DNA of 64,000 nt from an uncultured Eubacteriales bacterium. Lineage in GTDB: Bacteria > Bacillota > Clostridia > Oscillospirales > CAG-382. The stretch lies in contig CAKSUT010000002.1 of NCBI GenBank assembly GCA_934502885.1, forward strand, positions 76,554 to 140,553, given 5' to 3'. The translations under genes were made by a program, and so were the position numbers. The notes below the pieces were generated by a model. The model worked only from the letters and a program-made list of their open reading frames with translations. It was not told where the DNA came from and made no database searches. Below, piece by piece: positions 46,206 through 55,703 of this stretch (position 1 is the stretch's first letter; each line of letters starts with the position of its first letter).

Positions 46206-47042
46206 TCAATTGCCGCCGAAGTTGCGCATGAATTCTCTCAAATTATAGTCCGAAGAAGAATTGGAAAGCACGGCGAAATCAATATTCAGGAACGCGCCGC
46301 AAGACTCGAATCTCTCAAGCACATTCCTGAAAATATCCGAGACTGTTCTTGCGTCGTTGCCGAAAGCACCACAGCCGAATGCGCCGAGAACAAGGTTTTC
46401 GTAGCCGCAAAACGCGGCGCACTTGAGCATTCCCTCTATGCGCTTCGCGAAAAGGTTTACGTACTCTCCCACACTCATGCCGTAAAGCCCGGGAACCGCA
46501 ATCGGCGCGGCGCAGGTAATCACGGCTACGACTGCCGATTCCTCCAGGAGGTCTCCGTTTTCGTCCTTTATTATCTCGACCTTGGGCGTGATTATTACAG
46601 CGTCGGAACTCAAATCGGAGCGGAGCTTGCGGTTGTATCGGTAGTAAGCAACGGCTTCTTCACCCTCAAGCGACAAAAGAAGCGAGCTTTTTCTGCAAAG
46701 ATCCTCCTCCTGCGCCATTGCTCCGCCTCTCACGCCTCCGCCGGGGTCCACGGGGTTTGCGAAATTGAGAACCAATATCTCCTTATTTCCCCTCTCCGAC
46801 GGCGAAAGCTCGGCGTACATCCTGCGTGCCGCCGCAAAAGAATCTGCGTTTTCGCACGTATACCGGCATTTTTGCGAGGGTTTATCAACAAGTCTTATCG
46901 AGTGAACCTGTTCGGGCAGAAACGCTCTCGCCTCCCGTCTTTCCGAGTCCGAAAGCTTCAGATACCTCTTTTCGCCGTCTTTGACGTAAAAGCCGTTTTC
47001 AAATACTCTCAGCGTATCGTCAAGCATCATTATTTCACGCAT
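46206..47042 (-). CDS. Bacterial-type poly(ADP-ribose) glycohydrolase-like protein (DUF2263/TIGR02452 macrodomain)
   Basis: The PARG signature GGG-X7-QEE is present as GGGVRGGAMAQEE (nt 46704-46742), preceded by LVLNFANP. Confidence 0.7.
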   Translation of the reverse strand: MREIMMLDDTLRVFENGFYVKDGEKRYLKLSDSERREARAFLPEQVHSIRLVDKPSQKCRYTCENADSFAAARRMYAELSPSERGNKEILVLNFANPVDPGGGVRGGAMAQEEDLCRKSSLLLSLEGEEAVAYYRYNRKLRSDLSSDAVIITPKVEIIKDENGDLLEESAVVAVITCAAPIAVPGLYGMSVGEYVNLFAKRIEGMLKCAAFCGYENLVLGAFGCGAFGNDARTVSDIFRNVLERFESCGAFLNIDFAVLSNSSSDYNLREFMRNFGGN

Positions 47043-47078
47043 ATAATCATCCTCCCTGCACAGTAACGCAAATCACGT

Positions 47079-48245
47079 TCACACTCCCAGAAGCGTCTGA
47101 TCGAACGCAAACAGCGCCTCGTTTATCTCGAAAATATTGTAGTTGCCGTTTCTCACGAAGTATTCGACGATAATATCGAATTTATTGGAGTGAGAAAGCG
47201 CAAAGCCGGCTTTCATGAGCATATTCTGCATTTCGGGAAGCGTCAGCTCCAAAGCAACGGCGAAGGCTATTACCGTCGGCTTTGACGGTTTGTAGTTCCT
47301 GTCGGAGCGAATCTTCGAGAAAAGCTTACGGTCGATATTCGCCTTTTTGTAGCACTGCACGTCGGTCATGCCACGCTCGTCGATCTTCCGCAGAAGCATT
47401 TCGGAAAAGCTCTCGTCAAGCATTTCAAGCGCCTCTTCAAGCGACGGACACGCCGGGCAACAGACGGTCGCCGGAATAATTACTTCCGCAGCATCTTCCG
47501 CAGCATTCGGGAATACTGTGTTCTCCGTCGGGAAATTCGGCAGCATGGTCGGTGTTTTCCGAGCCGTTTCGTTTTCGTGGTTATTCTGCGTCGGTTCTGA
47601 CGGTGCGGCGGGAAATCTCGGTCGCTTCGGCGCCGATTCTTTTGTCTCGGGCGGTGCGGTTCGTGAAAAGTCCAAATACCGTGTTGCGCCGATGCTTGCG
47701 GCGGTTTCTTCGGCATAGTTGTCGTCGATATACTCCGCAATGTCGGAATACAGCTTTTTGCCTATGGCATACGACTTTTTATCGAAAACGACAAGGTACA
47801 CCGTCATATCGTTTTCGGCAAGAAATCCGCTCACTGCGTTCACCGCAACTCTCAGTGCGATGTCCTTGGGAAACCCGTATGCGCCCGACGAAATAAGGGG
47901 GAACGCAACGCTCTCGCACCCATATGCCTTCGCCGCTTCGAGAGAATTTACGTAGCAAAGCGCAAACTTTTCGCACTTGCCTTTTTTTGTATCAAACGGG
48001 TAAAACCACTGAGGTCCTACGGTATGTATCACGTATTTGCACGGAAGATTATATCCGCCCGTGACCTTTGCCTCGCCGACGCCGCACCTTCCGAGAACCT
48101 TACACGCCTTCAGAAGTTCTTTGCCTGCGGCACGGTGAATACAGCCGTCCGCGCCGCCTCCGCCGAGAAGCCGACTGTTCGCCGAGTTCACTATGGCGTC
48201 AACGTGCATTTTCGTTATGTCATCTCTTACGATTTGCAGGGGCAA
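47079..48245 (-). CDS. MacroD/YmdB-type macrodomain (ADP-ribose/O-acetyl-ADP-ribose hydrolase) fused to a C-terminal HTH-like domain
   Basis: N-terminal part: VDAIVNSANSRLLGGGGADGCIHRAAG and FPLISSGAYGFP. A Pro-rich linker follows. The C-terminal 110 aa (LLRKIDERGMTDVQCYKKANIDRKLFSKIRSD...PSKPTVIAFAVALELTL) are XRE-HTH-like. Confidence 0.85.
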   Translation of the reverse strand: MPLQIVRDDITKMHVDAIVNSANSRLLGGGGADGCIHRAAGKELLKACKVLGRCGVGEAKVTGGYNLPCKYVIHTVGPQWFYPFDTKKGKCEKFALCYVNSLEAAKAYGCESVAFPLISSGAYGFPKDIALRVAVNAVSGFLAENDMTVYLVVFDKKSYAIGKKLYSDIAEYIDDNYAEETAASIGATRYLDFSRTAPPETKESAPKRPRFPAAPSEPTQNNHENETARKTPTMLPNFPTENTVFPNAAEDAAEVIIPATVCCPACPSLEEALEMLDESFSEMLLRKIDERGMTDVQCYKKANIDRKLFSKIRSDRNYKPSKPTVIAFAVALELTLPEMQNMLMKAGFALSHSNKFDIIVEYFVRNGNYNIFEINEALFAFDQTLLGV

Positions 48246-48287
48246 GCTATCACGTCCTCAAATATAATCGAAATTTGTATTAACATG

Positions 48288-48316
48288 ATTTTACATCGTT
48301 TTAACGTCCGTGTCAA
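48288..48316 (-). promoter_or_regulatory. Sigma-A-type promoter for the macro-PARG(-VWA) genes
   Basis: Minus strand: TTGACA (48311-48316), a 17-nt spacer, then TAAAAT (48288-48293). Confidence 0.6.
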
Positions 48317-48359
48317 TACTGTATTTTCGCATTTTGAAAAATTTTACACTTTGCTTTCG

Positions 48360-48400
48360 GTAAAAAAGCTCCTCCTCGGCTTCAAAATACCGTGGAGGAG
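48360..48400 (-). terminator. Rho-independent terminator after the quinone oxidoreductase gene
   Basis: Minus strand: CUCCUCCACGG...CCGAGGAGGAG followed by CUUUUUUACC. Confidence 0.7.
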
Positions 48401-48423
48401 TGTGGTTTACATTTATTTGCTAA

Positions 48424-49395
48424 TTACTTTGCCGCTTCGAGGATAACCTTTCCGACGTTTTCGTTGCGGCGGAGAACCTCCTGCGCTTTGTCGGCGTTTT
48501 CAAGCGGAAAACGTGCGTAGACAAGCGGCTTTACCGTGCCGTCGGCAATCGAGGGAAGAACCTTTTTCTCAAGCTCTGCCATAACGGCGTTCTTTTCGTC
48601 AACTGTTCTTGAGCGGAGCGTGCTTCCGATGAGCTTAAGTCTCTTTCCGAGAAGCACACGGAGATCTATCGTCGTCTCGACGCCGGCAAGGGTCGCTATC
48701 ATTACCCAGCGTCCGAGACGTGCCATCTGCGCAAAATGCTTTCCGAGGTCTGCACCGGCAACACAGTCGAGAACGACGTTTACGCTTTCCTCTTCAAACA
48801 CCTTGCCGAGATCCTCTTTCTTTGTGTTGACTATTCTGTCAGCACCGATATTCTTTATTGCCTCTGCTTTTGCGTCGCTTCTTACTGTAACGACGACTCT
48901 CGCACCCATGAGCTTTGCAATCTGAGTTGCGGCAATGCCCACGCCGCTCGCGCCTGCGAAGATGAGTATGGTTTCACCATCTTTAAGATCAGCCTCATGC
49001 ACGAGGTTGAGGTATGCCGTCGCATACGCTTCGGGAATGCACGCGCCCTGTTCAAAGGTCATGCCGTCGGGAAGCTTCATGCACATTCCCTCGCTCACTG
49101 CCGCATACTCCGAGTAACCGCCGCCTCCGAGAAGCGCGCAGACTCTGTCGCCGACTTTGAGTCTCGTGCAGTCTTCGCCGACCTCTTCAACTTCTCCCGA
49201 CACTTCAAGTCCGCACCACGGAGGACAGCCCTCTGGCGACGGGTATGTTCCGTCCTTCTGCAAAAGGTCGGCACGGTTCACGCCTGCGTTGTGAACCTTT
49301 ATAAGCACCTCTTTGGCGTTCGGCGTCGGTTTCGCGACCTCCGTCCAGAGAAAATCGTTATTTGCGTCAAGTATCATTGCTTTCATTGTTTTCAC
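48424..49395 (-). CDS. NAD(P)H:quinone oxidoreductase (zinc-independent MDR, PIG3/Qor type)
   Basis: VLIKVHNAGVNRADLLQKDGTYP, GLEVSGEV and the nucleotide-binding block AGASGVGIAATQIAK are present. Confidence 0.8.
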   Translation of the reverse strand: MKTMKAMILDANNDFLWTEVAKPTPNAKEVLIKVHNAGVNRADLLQKDGTYPSPEGCPPWCGLEVSGEVEEVGEDCTRLKVGDRVCALLGGGGYSEYAAVSEGMCMKLPDGMTFEQGACIPEAYATAYLNLVHEADLKDGETILIFAGASGVGIAATQIAKLMGARVVVTVRSDAKAEAIKNIGADRIVNTKKEDLGKVFEEESVNVVLDCVAGADLGKHFAQMARLGRWVMIATLAGVETTIDLRVLLGKRLKLIGSTLRSRTVDEKNAVMAELEKKVLPSIADGTVKPLVYARFPLENADKAQEVLRRNENVGKVILEAAK

Positions 49396-49593
49396 TCTCC
49401 GTTTTTATATTTCAATATAGATTTTATCCGCTGTGACGGAAAAAGTAAATGTCAAAAGCGTCACTGTTTGTCGATTTTGATACTGTTTTTGCCTCTGTCG
49501 ACACAAAACACACGCCGTTCATACCATAAACCTTGCTTTGTTCAAAATAATACGGTATATTGATAGGTGAAGTATTTTTTGCGGAGGAACAAT

Positions 49594-50397
49594 ATGGGAA
49601 ACAGCGTTTATGACGAAATACGCATAAAGCGGATAGCCGCCGTGAACAGGCTCAACATTTTTCTTGATGAGTGCCACAACAGAATAAACCGTCCCGTATG
49701 CGGCATTGCCCTCAAGACAAAGGGGCAGACCGTCTATACCTGCAACGGAAAAAAGCATATTTCAACGCCGGAATCGTCCGTGCTTCTGACACAGGGTTCG
49801 AGCTACAAAATCCACTATGACGAGCCGGGAGAATGTATCATGGCGGAGTTTGTGCTTGACGACGGAAACACGCTCTCCTGCGGAAATGCGCTTTACAGCG
49901 TGAATCTCAAAAACCCCGAAGAAGCGCACTCCTGCGCCTACAAGCTTCTTCGTCTGTGGGAAAAGTACGGCGAATGCGCAAAAACCTTTGCCGCTCTTTA
50001 CGAGCTTCTTGCGGTTCTCTCGGAGTCTGCTTCGACCGACTACTCCTACTCCTCCAAAAGCAAGCGGAACGTAATAAAGCCGTCGGTTGAGAAGCTTTTG
50101 GCGGAGTATTCCGATCCGGAACTCTGCGTGTCCGAGCTTGCGGCGGAATCCGGCATCAGCGACGTATACTTCCGCAAAATATTCAAGGAATGCTACGGTA
50201 TGCCTCCGGCAAAGTATCTTTCGTCACTGCGCATAAAAAAGGCGAAACAGCTTCTGATAAGCGACGGCATCTCAATAGGAGAGGCGGCGTCCGCCGTCGG
50301 CTTCTCCGACATTTACGTCTTCTCAAAGGCCTTCAAGCGCATTGTCGGCATACCGGCGTCCGAATACATAAGAAGCGCCGTTGATGATAACATATAA
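49594..50397 (+). CDS. AraC-family transcriptional regulator
   Basis: ORF 49567.. trimmed to MGNSVYDE (ATG after GGAGGAA). It has a C-terminal double HTH (ELAAESGISDVYFRKIFKECYGMPPAKYL...FSDIYVFSKAFKRIVGIPASEY). Confidence 0.8.
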   Translation: MGNSVYDEIRIKRIAAVNRLNIFLDECHNRINRPVCGIALKTKGQTVYTCNGKKHISTPESSVLLTQGSSYKIHYDEPGECIMAEFVLDDGNTLSCGNALYSVNLKNPEEAHSCAYKLLRLWEKYGECAKTFAALYELLAVLSESASTDYSYSSKSKRNVIKPSVEKLLAEYSDPELCVSELAAESGISDVYFRKIFKECYGMPPAKYLSSLRIKKAKQLLISDGISIGEAASAVGFSDIYVFSKAFKRIVGIPASEYIRSAVDDNI

Positions 50398-50403
50398 CCG
50401 CAA

Positions 50404-51432
50404 TCAGCATTCACCCGCGCCGCTCTTCCCTCGAGCGGCGCGTTTTTTTATGCTCTTTAAGGTCTTTTCGGGGAAAAAGAAAAAGTCAAGGTACAGTGTT
50501 TTGTGAGCGATATAAGCGAAAAGCACCGAGAAAAGCATTCCGGACAGAGTGCCGATGACAATGTGTACCGCCCACGAGGTAATGCCGATACGCAGAAGTG
50601 CGACCCTTGCGGCGGCGGTAAATATTGTGTGCAAAAGGAAGATCTGAAAGGAGTATTTTCCGAGAAAATCAAGGCACTTTCCGACAGCACGGAGTTTTGT
50701 CGCTTCGTAAACAAAGAGGACACTTGCCGCGATGCCGAGAAGCATTGCCGCCTCCTTTATTCCGGCTTTTCCGATAAGTCCGCACGCCGAGAGGATATAT
50801 CCCGACACGGCGTGACAGATTATAACGGCATACCTTGTGAATGGCTTGCACGACTTTACTCTATCGAGAACCGCGAGTGTGCCGACTCCGAACGGAACAG
50901 CACCGTACACTGCCGCTTCAAGGCCGCCGAAGCCGACTCCGAAAAGCGGAAGTATGTAGCCTGCCGCGGCAAGAATCAGCGTTACTTGGAGGTTTCCCGC
51001 AAACCGTGACAAAACCGTCCACACGAGGAACACGAAAAAGAGAGCATACAGGTACCAATACTGTGCCGTCGGAACGGTAAAAACCGTGAAAATATCCGAA
51101 AGCTCCGACCGCGTATTTGCATTCGCGACGAAGCTGTTTATCACGATATATATTACGGAAAACACCGTATACGGCACACCGAGGTTAAGGAGCTTGCGGA
51201 GTACAAAACCACAACCCGTGCCTTTTGAAAACGAGCCGCCGGTAATTCTGTAAACGTAGCCGTTGAGGAAAAGAAAGAGCGGAACGTGAAACGACCATAT
51301 GAAGTTTTCCGCAACATACAGAACCTCGGGAATTTCTACACCCGAAAGCCGTACACCGCGCAGTACGTGACCGAAAAGCACAAGAAAGCAGGCGTATGCT
51401 TTGAGTCTGTCCGCAAGAAGGTCTCTTTCCAC
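50404..51432 (-). CDS. Acyltransferase family 3 membrane protein (polysaccharide O-acyltransferase)
   Basis: About 10 TM helices. The N-terminal block RLKAYACFLVLFGHVLRG is typical of acyltransferase_3. Confidence 0.7.
   Translation of the reverse strand: MERDLLADRLKAYACFLVLFGHVLRGVRLSGVEIPEVLYVAENFIWSFHVPLFLFLNGYVYRITGGSFSKGTGCGFVLRKLLNLGVPYTVFSVIYIVINSFVANANTRSELSDIFTVFTVPTAQYWYLYALFFVFLVWTVLSRFAGNLQVTLILAAAGYILPLFGVGFGGLEAAVYGAVPFGVGTLAVLDRVKSCKPFTRYAVIICHAVSGYILSACGLIGKAGIKEAAMLLGIAASVLFVYEATKLRAVGKCLDFLGKYSFQIFLLHTIFTAAARVALLRIGITSWAVHIVIGTLSGMLFSVLFAYIAHKTLYLDFFFFPEKTLKSIKKRAARGKSGAGEC
50416..50449 (+). terminator. Rho-independent terminator of the AraC gene, embedded in the 3' end of the convergent acyltransferase CDS
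   Basis: CGCGCCGCUC-loop-GAGCGGCGCG followed by UUUUUUU. The same nucleotides encode the last ~15 aa of the minus-strand gene. Confidence 0.7.
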
Positions 51433-51455
51433 GTTTCTCTTATCCCCTTTCCTTC

Positions 51456-52412
51456 TTAAGTTTTATCGTCTGTATCGTTTTTAACAGGACTGCATTCCTC
51501 GGAGTCGCACTGTGCGGCAACGATATATTTGGGGCGTCCCTTTATTTCCTCGTATATTCTTGCGACGTAGTAACTGATTATGCCGAGGCTTATCATCATT
51601 ATGCTTCCGATGAATATCATGACGAAGATTACGGTTGTAATTCCCTCAAGCGCGCGTCCGGAAAGCTTATCGACAAGCGCCCATATACCGAGTACGACCG
51701 CAATAACAAGCATAATAACTCCGAGTACGGTAACTATCTGCATAGGTGCCGCGGAGTATGCGGCGATATTTGAAAGTGCATACCTCACAAGCCCGTACGG
51801 TGACCACTTCGACTCTCCCTCCGTGCGCTTTGCGACCTCAAATCCGACTGTTGTCTTTCTGAAGCCGACCCAGTGAGTTATCGCGCGAAAAAAGCCCTTT
51901 CTCTCGGGGATTTTGTTGAGAATATCGATAACCTTTCTGTCGATGAGCTTAAAGTCGGAGGAATTTGCCATATCGAATCCCGAAAGACCGCCTATAACCG
52001 AGTAAAAGCACTTTGCCAAAAGTCTGTGGCAGGCACTCTCCTTTCCTCTGTCGGTTTTCACGCCCTCGACTATCTCGTACCCCTTTTCCCAAAGTCTGTA
52101 CATCTCGACTATCTTTTCCGGCGGATGCTGAAGGTCGCAGTCAATGACGACCGCACAGTCGCCGGCGGCACTCGCAAGTCCTGCCGATATTGCGGCTTCC
52201 TTGCCGAAGTTTCTCGAAAAATGAAGTCCCCTGACATTTTCCCCGCTCTCTGCGAGTCTCTTTATAACGTCGTATGTAGAATCAAGAGAGCCGTCGTCAA
52301 CAAATATTATCTCAAAACCGATGCCGTTTTTCCCGAGCACCTCCGAAATTTTCCTGTACGCTTTCTCGCAGGAAAGCTCTTCGTTGTAAGACGGAACGAT
52401 AACTGACAGCAC
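51456..52412 (-). CDS. GT2 polyprenyl-phosphate glycosyltransferase (GtrB/ArnC-like, two C-terminal TM helices)
   Basis: Blocks: LSVIVPSYNEE, IIFVDDGSLDST, FSRNFGKEAA, VIDCDLQHPP. Two C-terminal TM helices are present. Confidence 0.8.
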   Translation of the reverse strand: MLSVIVPSYNEELSCEKAYRKISEVLGKNGIGFEIIFVDDGSLDSTYDVIKRLAESGENVRGLHFSRNFGKEAAISAGLASAAGDCAVVIDCDLQHPPEKIVEMYRLWEKGYEIVEGVKTDRGKESACHRLLAKCFYSVIGGLSGFDMANSSDFKLIDRKVIDILNKIPERKGFFRAITHWVGFRKTTVGFEVAKRTEGESKWSPYGLVRYALSNIAAYSAAPMQIVTVLGVIMLVIAVVLGIWALVDKLSGRALEGITTVIFVMIFIGSIMMISLGIISYYVARIYEEIKGRPKYIVAAQCDSEECSPVKNDTDDKT

Positions 52413-52469
52413 CTTTTTCCCTCCTTTGCGGTGTTATTCCGTGTTTTTAACGCCACACGAAAAAAGCGG

Positions 52470-53564
52470 TCACTCCGAGAATGTCGGAAAAGTGTCGCTC
52501 TTTCCGGTGCGGTGAAGTCCGATTTTTTCAGCGGCGGCGATACAACGGAGTCCGTCGGCTCTCGCTCTTCTCTTTCTTCTTGAAAGCTCACCGGCGAAAA
52601 AGAGCGGAGAAATCCCGGCACGCACTGCGCCGAGGACAATTTTAACGGGTGAAATTCCTTTGCGTTTGTATTCGGCAAGCACCTCGATAAGCGCGCGGTC
52701 AAGTGCGTATTTGTCGGTTATTCCGCACCCGTCAAGGAGTTTCTTTAAATGCCGCGCAAAATGCGAGAACTCGCCGATATCGATTTTTTCCGCGTCTTTA
52801 AAGTACATTCCGTCGATGTAATAGCTGCGCTCACTGTCGGACATCGACATACCCAGCGACGAAAAGTACCGTTCCTGTATTCCGAGCACCTCCGTGCGCT
52901 GTCTTTCGGCGGTTGTTGCCGTGATCTGCGACGGATGGAGTCTGTATATTACAAGGTATTCGTCCTGAATCTCGAGCCGTTTTCCGTCCGCCGCCATTCG
53001 CGTCCAAAGGTCGAGATCCTCCGTGCAGGTGAGAGCTTCGTTGTAGCGAAAGCTTTTCATTACACTGCTTTTTGCGATAACCCCGGGGTGAAGTATGGGG
53101 TTTGCGAAAAGAAGCATGGCTTTCACGGAGTCCGCGTCGCACGGACCGCCTCCGCCGCCGGAGCTTATCTTACCGTCTTTTTGTGTGAAAAATCTGCATG
53201 AGGAAAGGTCAACGTCGCTTCTCGACTCCATAAACGCAAACTGCCTTTCGAGCCTGTTCGGAAGACATATATCGTCTGCGTCGATGCGTGCTATGTAGCG
53301 TCCACAGGCGTTTTCGACTGCTCTGTTGAGCGAGGCGGCAAGCTTCATGTTGCGTTCGTTGCGGATAACCTTTATTCTTCCGTCGCGAAGCGCGTACTCT
53401 TTCAGTATTTCGGGCGTTGCGTCCGCGGAGCAGTCGTCAACCGCAATAAGCTCCCAATCGTCAAAGGTTTGAAAGCACACGCTTTCAAGCGTTTCGGAAA
53501 GGTACTTCTCTCCGTTGTAAACGCTCATTACAACCGATATTTCGGGTCTTTTGCCTGTACTCAT
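52470..53564 (-). CDS. GT2 glycosyltransferase
   Basis: Blocks: ISVVMSVYNGEKYL, LIAVDDCSADAT, RIDADD. Confidence 0.8.
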   Translation of the reverse strand: MSTGKRPEISVVMSVYNGEKYLSETLESVCFQTFDDWELIAVDDCSADATPEILKEYALRDGRIKVIRNERNMKLAASLNRAVENACGRYIARIDADDICLPNRLERQFAFMESRSDVDLSSCRFFTQKDGKISSGGGGGPCDADSVKAMLLFANPILHPGVIAKSSVMKSFRYNEALTCTEDLDLWTRMAADGKRLEIQDEYLVIYRLHPSQITATTAERQRTEVLGIQERYFSSLGMSMSDSERSYYIDGMYFKDAEKIDIGEFSHFARHLKKLLDGCGITDKYALDRALIEVLAEYKRKGISPVKIVLGAVRAGISPLFFAGELSRRKRRARADGLRCIAAAEKIGLHRTGKSDTFPTFSE

Positions 53565-53580
53565 GCCTGTGTCCCCCGTT

Positions 53581-54624
53581 TCACGACTTTATTTTCCGCG
53601 CCGCTCTTTTGAGAACGCCGCATACATACAAAAACAGAAATGCCGTCCGCACCGCGCCGACCTTCAGAAGGATATGCGTGATTTTGCTTTTCGGAGATAT
53701 TCTGCCGAACTTTGCCTTTTTTACCTCTTCATAAAGTGCCGAGGTCATTATGGCTTTTTTTACCTCCCCGACACATCCGAAAAGTCCGCTCTCAGCCGCC
53801 GACGCCAAAAGCGCGAGACACATATAGAACGAATACCTCGATATCTGCTCTTTGAAGTCTAAGCCTGCGCCGTCGAGAGAGGCATGAAGCGAGGCGACGA
53901 CTCTTTCTATCTGCGTGAATCTGTCAACGCGAAAATCATTTGAAATCGAGGTGCTTCTCACGGTGTAAAAATACGCCGTTTTTTTGCTCACGTACACCTT
54001 TTCGGCATTCAGAAAGCACGGTGCGAGACAGCATATATCCTCTCCGAGCGATATTTTCTCGGAAACGGCAAGCTGATACTTTTTTGCAAGAGTGCGTCTT
54101 ATCGCTCTGCCCCACAGAAAGAAGAGTGCGTGGCGCATATTTTCGTCAAGAATAAGCTTCGGGAATATCTCGCTCTCCGTCTTCTCTCTGTCATACTCTC
54201 CCTCGCGGAGAATATCGTCGCATTTCTCGTTCGGATGTCCGTTTTCGTCGGTTCTCACATACGAAAACGACACGATATCGGCATTTGTTTTTTGCAGAAC
54301 GTCCGCCATATTTTCGAGTGCGTCGGGAAGAAGCGCGTCGTCCGCGTCAAGACAAACAACATAATCACCCTCGGCGACCGAGACTCCGGCGCGGCGTGCG
54401 CTGACAAGTCCGCCGTTTCCCTTGTGTATTACTTTTATTGCGGTGTTATCCGCCTTTTCCGCGTAGCTGTCGCAAATTCCGGGACAGCCGTCGGGCGAGC
54501 CGTCGTCAACAAGGATAAGCTCATAATCGGTGCAGGTCTGACCGAGAACGCTGTCGATACAGCGGCAAAGATATTTTTCAACATTGTATATCGGCACAAT
54601 TACGGAAAACAGCATTCCACTCAT
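53581..54624 (-). CDS. GT2 glycosyltransferase
   Basis: Blocks: FSVIVPIYNVEKYL, LILVDDGSPDG, CLDADD. Confidence 0.8.
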   Translation of the reverse strand: MSGMLFSVIVPIYNVEKYLCRCIDSVLGQTCTDYELILVDDGSPDGCPGICDSYAEKADNTAIKVIHKGNGGLVSARRAGVSVAEGDYVVCLDADDALLPDALENMADVLQKTNADIVSFSYVRTDENGHPNEKCDDILREGEYDREKTESEIFPKLILDENMRHALFFLWGRAIRRTLAKKYQLAVSEKISLGEDICCLAPCFLNAEKVYVSKKTAYFYTVRSTSISNDFRVDRFTQIERVVASLHASLDGAGLDFKEQISRYSFYMCLALLASAAESGLFGCVGEVKKAIMTSALYEEVKKAKFGRISPKSKITHILLKVGAVRTAFLFLYVCGVLKRAARKIKS

Positions 54625-55703
54625 TCCTTTCCCGAATTTATTCTCTCCCTGAATTTAACCGCAAGCACCTTGAGCGCATACAGCTTATGCTTCATGAAAA
54701 ACGCGAATGCCGCCTGCATCTTCGGAAGTCTGTACCACGGATAACTTTTCAGAGCCTTTGCAATCTCCGGCGTTTCGCAGATTTCCTTGAGTCTCGACCG
54801 AAGCTCGCCGTATTTCATGCCGCACTCGGACGCATACATAACCGTCTGCGAGCAGAGTATTCTGCCGAACGCCTGTCTCAGTCGGTCGAGGTATATGCGG
54901 TACTCGCTTTCCGGCATTCGGCGCGCAAGTCTCTTTTCGGCTTCGTTTATGAAAACCGCGCACTTTGCGAGGCGTGAGGCGTTATATGATTTGGAAAGAG
55001 ACTCTCCGTTTCTGCAATATGAATAGTACGCATCCGGAAGACCGACAATTCTGTCCGCACACATGGCAAAGTCAAGCAAAAAAAGAGCGTCCTCAGAAAG
55101 CACTTTTCTTTCCGACATAAAACGCACTCGTTTTTCCTCAATCACACTGCGTTTAAATATGTCCTTGCAGACACTCATTCCGTATCTCGAATCGAGTTTT
55201 TCGTGCGCAAGTGCGCCGACCGTTCCGAGCATAAACTCATTCATACCGTCTTTGCCGCAAAGAAGTGTTTCCTCTGAAAAATAGTTATGTTCAAAACCGA
55301 AATCTCCTCCATCTTCACTGAACATATTTCCGCCCACAAAGCGAATTCCCGACACAACGAGGTCGGCGTCGGTTCTTTTTGCGGCGCAATACAGCTCTTC
55401 AAACATCTTATGATCGGCAAAATCGTCCGAATCGGCAAAGCCGACGTACTCGCCGACGGCACATTCAAGCCCCGCGTTGCGCGCAAAACCCGCGCCCTCG
55501 TTTTTCTTGTGTACGACCTTTATGCGGCTGTCGCTCTCTGCGGCGGCGTCGCACATCGACGGGCAATTATCGGGTGAGCCGTCATCAACGAGTATTATCT
55601 CAATTTCGTGAAGCGTCTGTTTTTTCAGCGAATCAAGGCATCTGACGAGGTACTTTTCGGTTTTGTACACGGGTACTATGATGCTTACCTTTACCTCATT
55701 CAC
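54621..55703 (-). CDS. GT2 glycosyltransferase
   Basis: Blocks: VSIIVPVYKTEKYL, IILVDDGSPDN, FADSDD. There are 4-nt overlaps with both neighbours. Confidence 0.8.
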   Translation of the reverse strand: MNEVKVSIIVPVYKTEKYLVRCLDSLKKQTLHEIEIILVDDGSPDNCPSMCDAAAESDSRIKVVHKKNEGAGFARNAGLECAVGEYVGFADSDDFADHKMFEELYCAAKRTDADLVVSGIRFVGGNMFSEDGGDFGFEHNYFSEETLLCGKDGMNEFMLGTVGALAHEKLDSRYGMSVCKDIFKRSVIEEKRVRFMSERKVLSEDALFLLDFAMCADRIVGLPDAYYSYCRNGESLSKSYNASRLAKCAVFINEAEKRLARRMPESEYRIYLDRLRQAFGRILCSQTVMYASECGMKYGELRSRLKEICETPEIAKALKSYPWYRLPKMQAAFAFFMKHKLYALKVLAVKFRERINSGKE

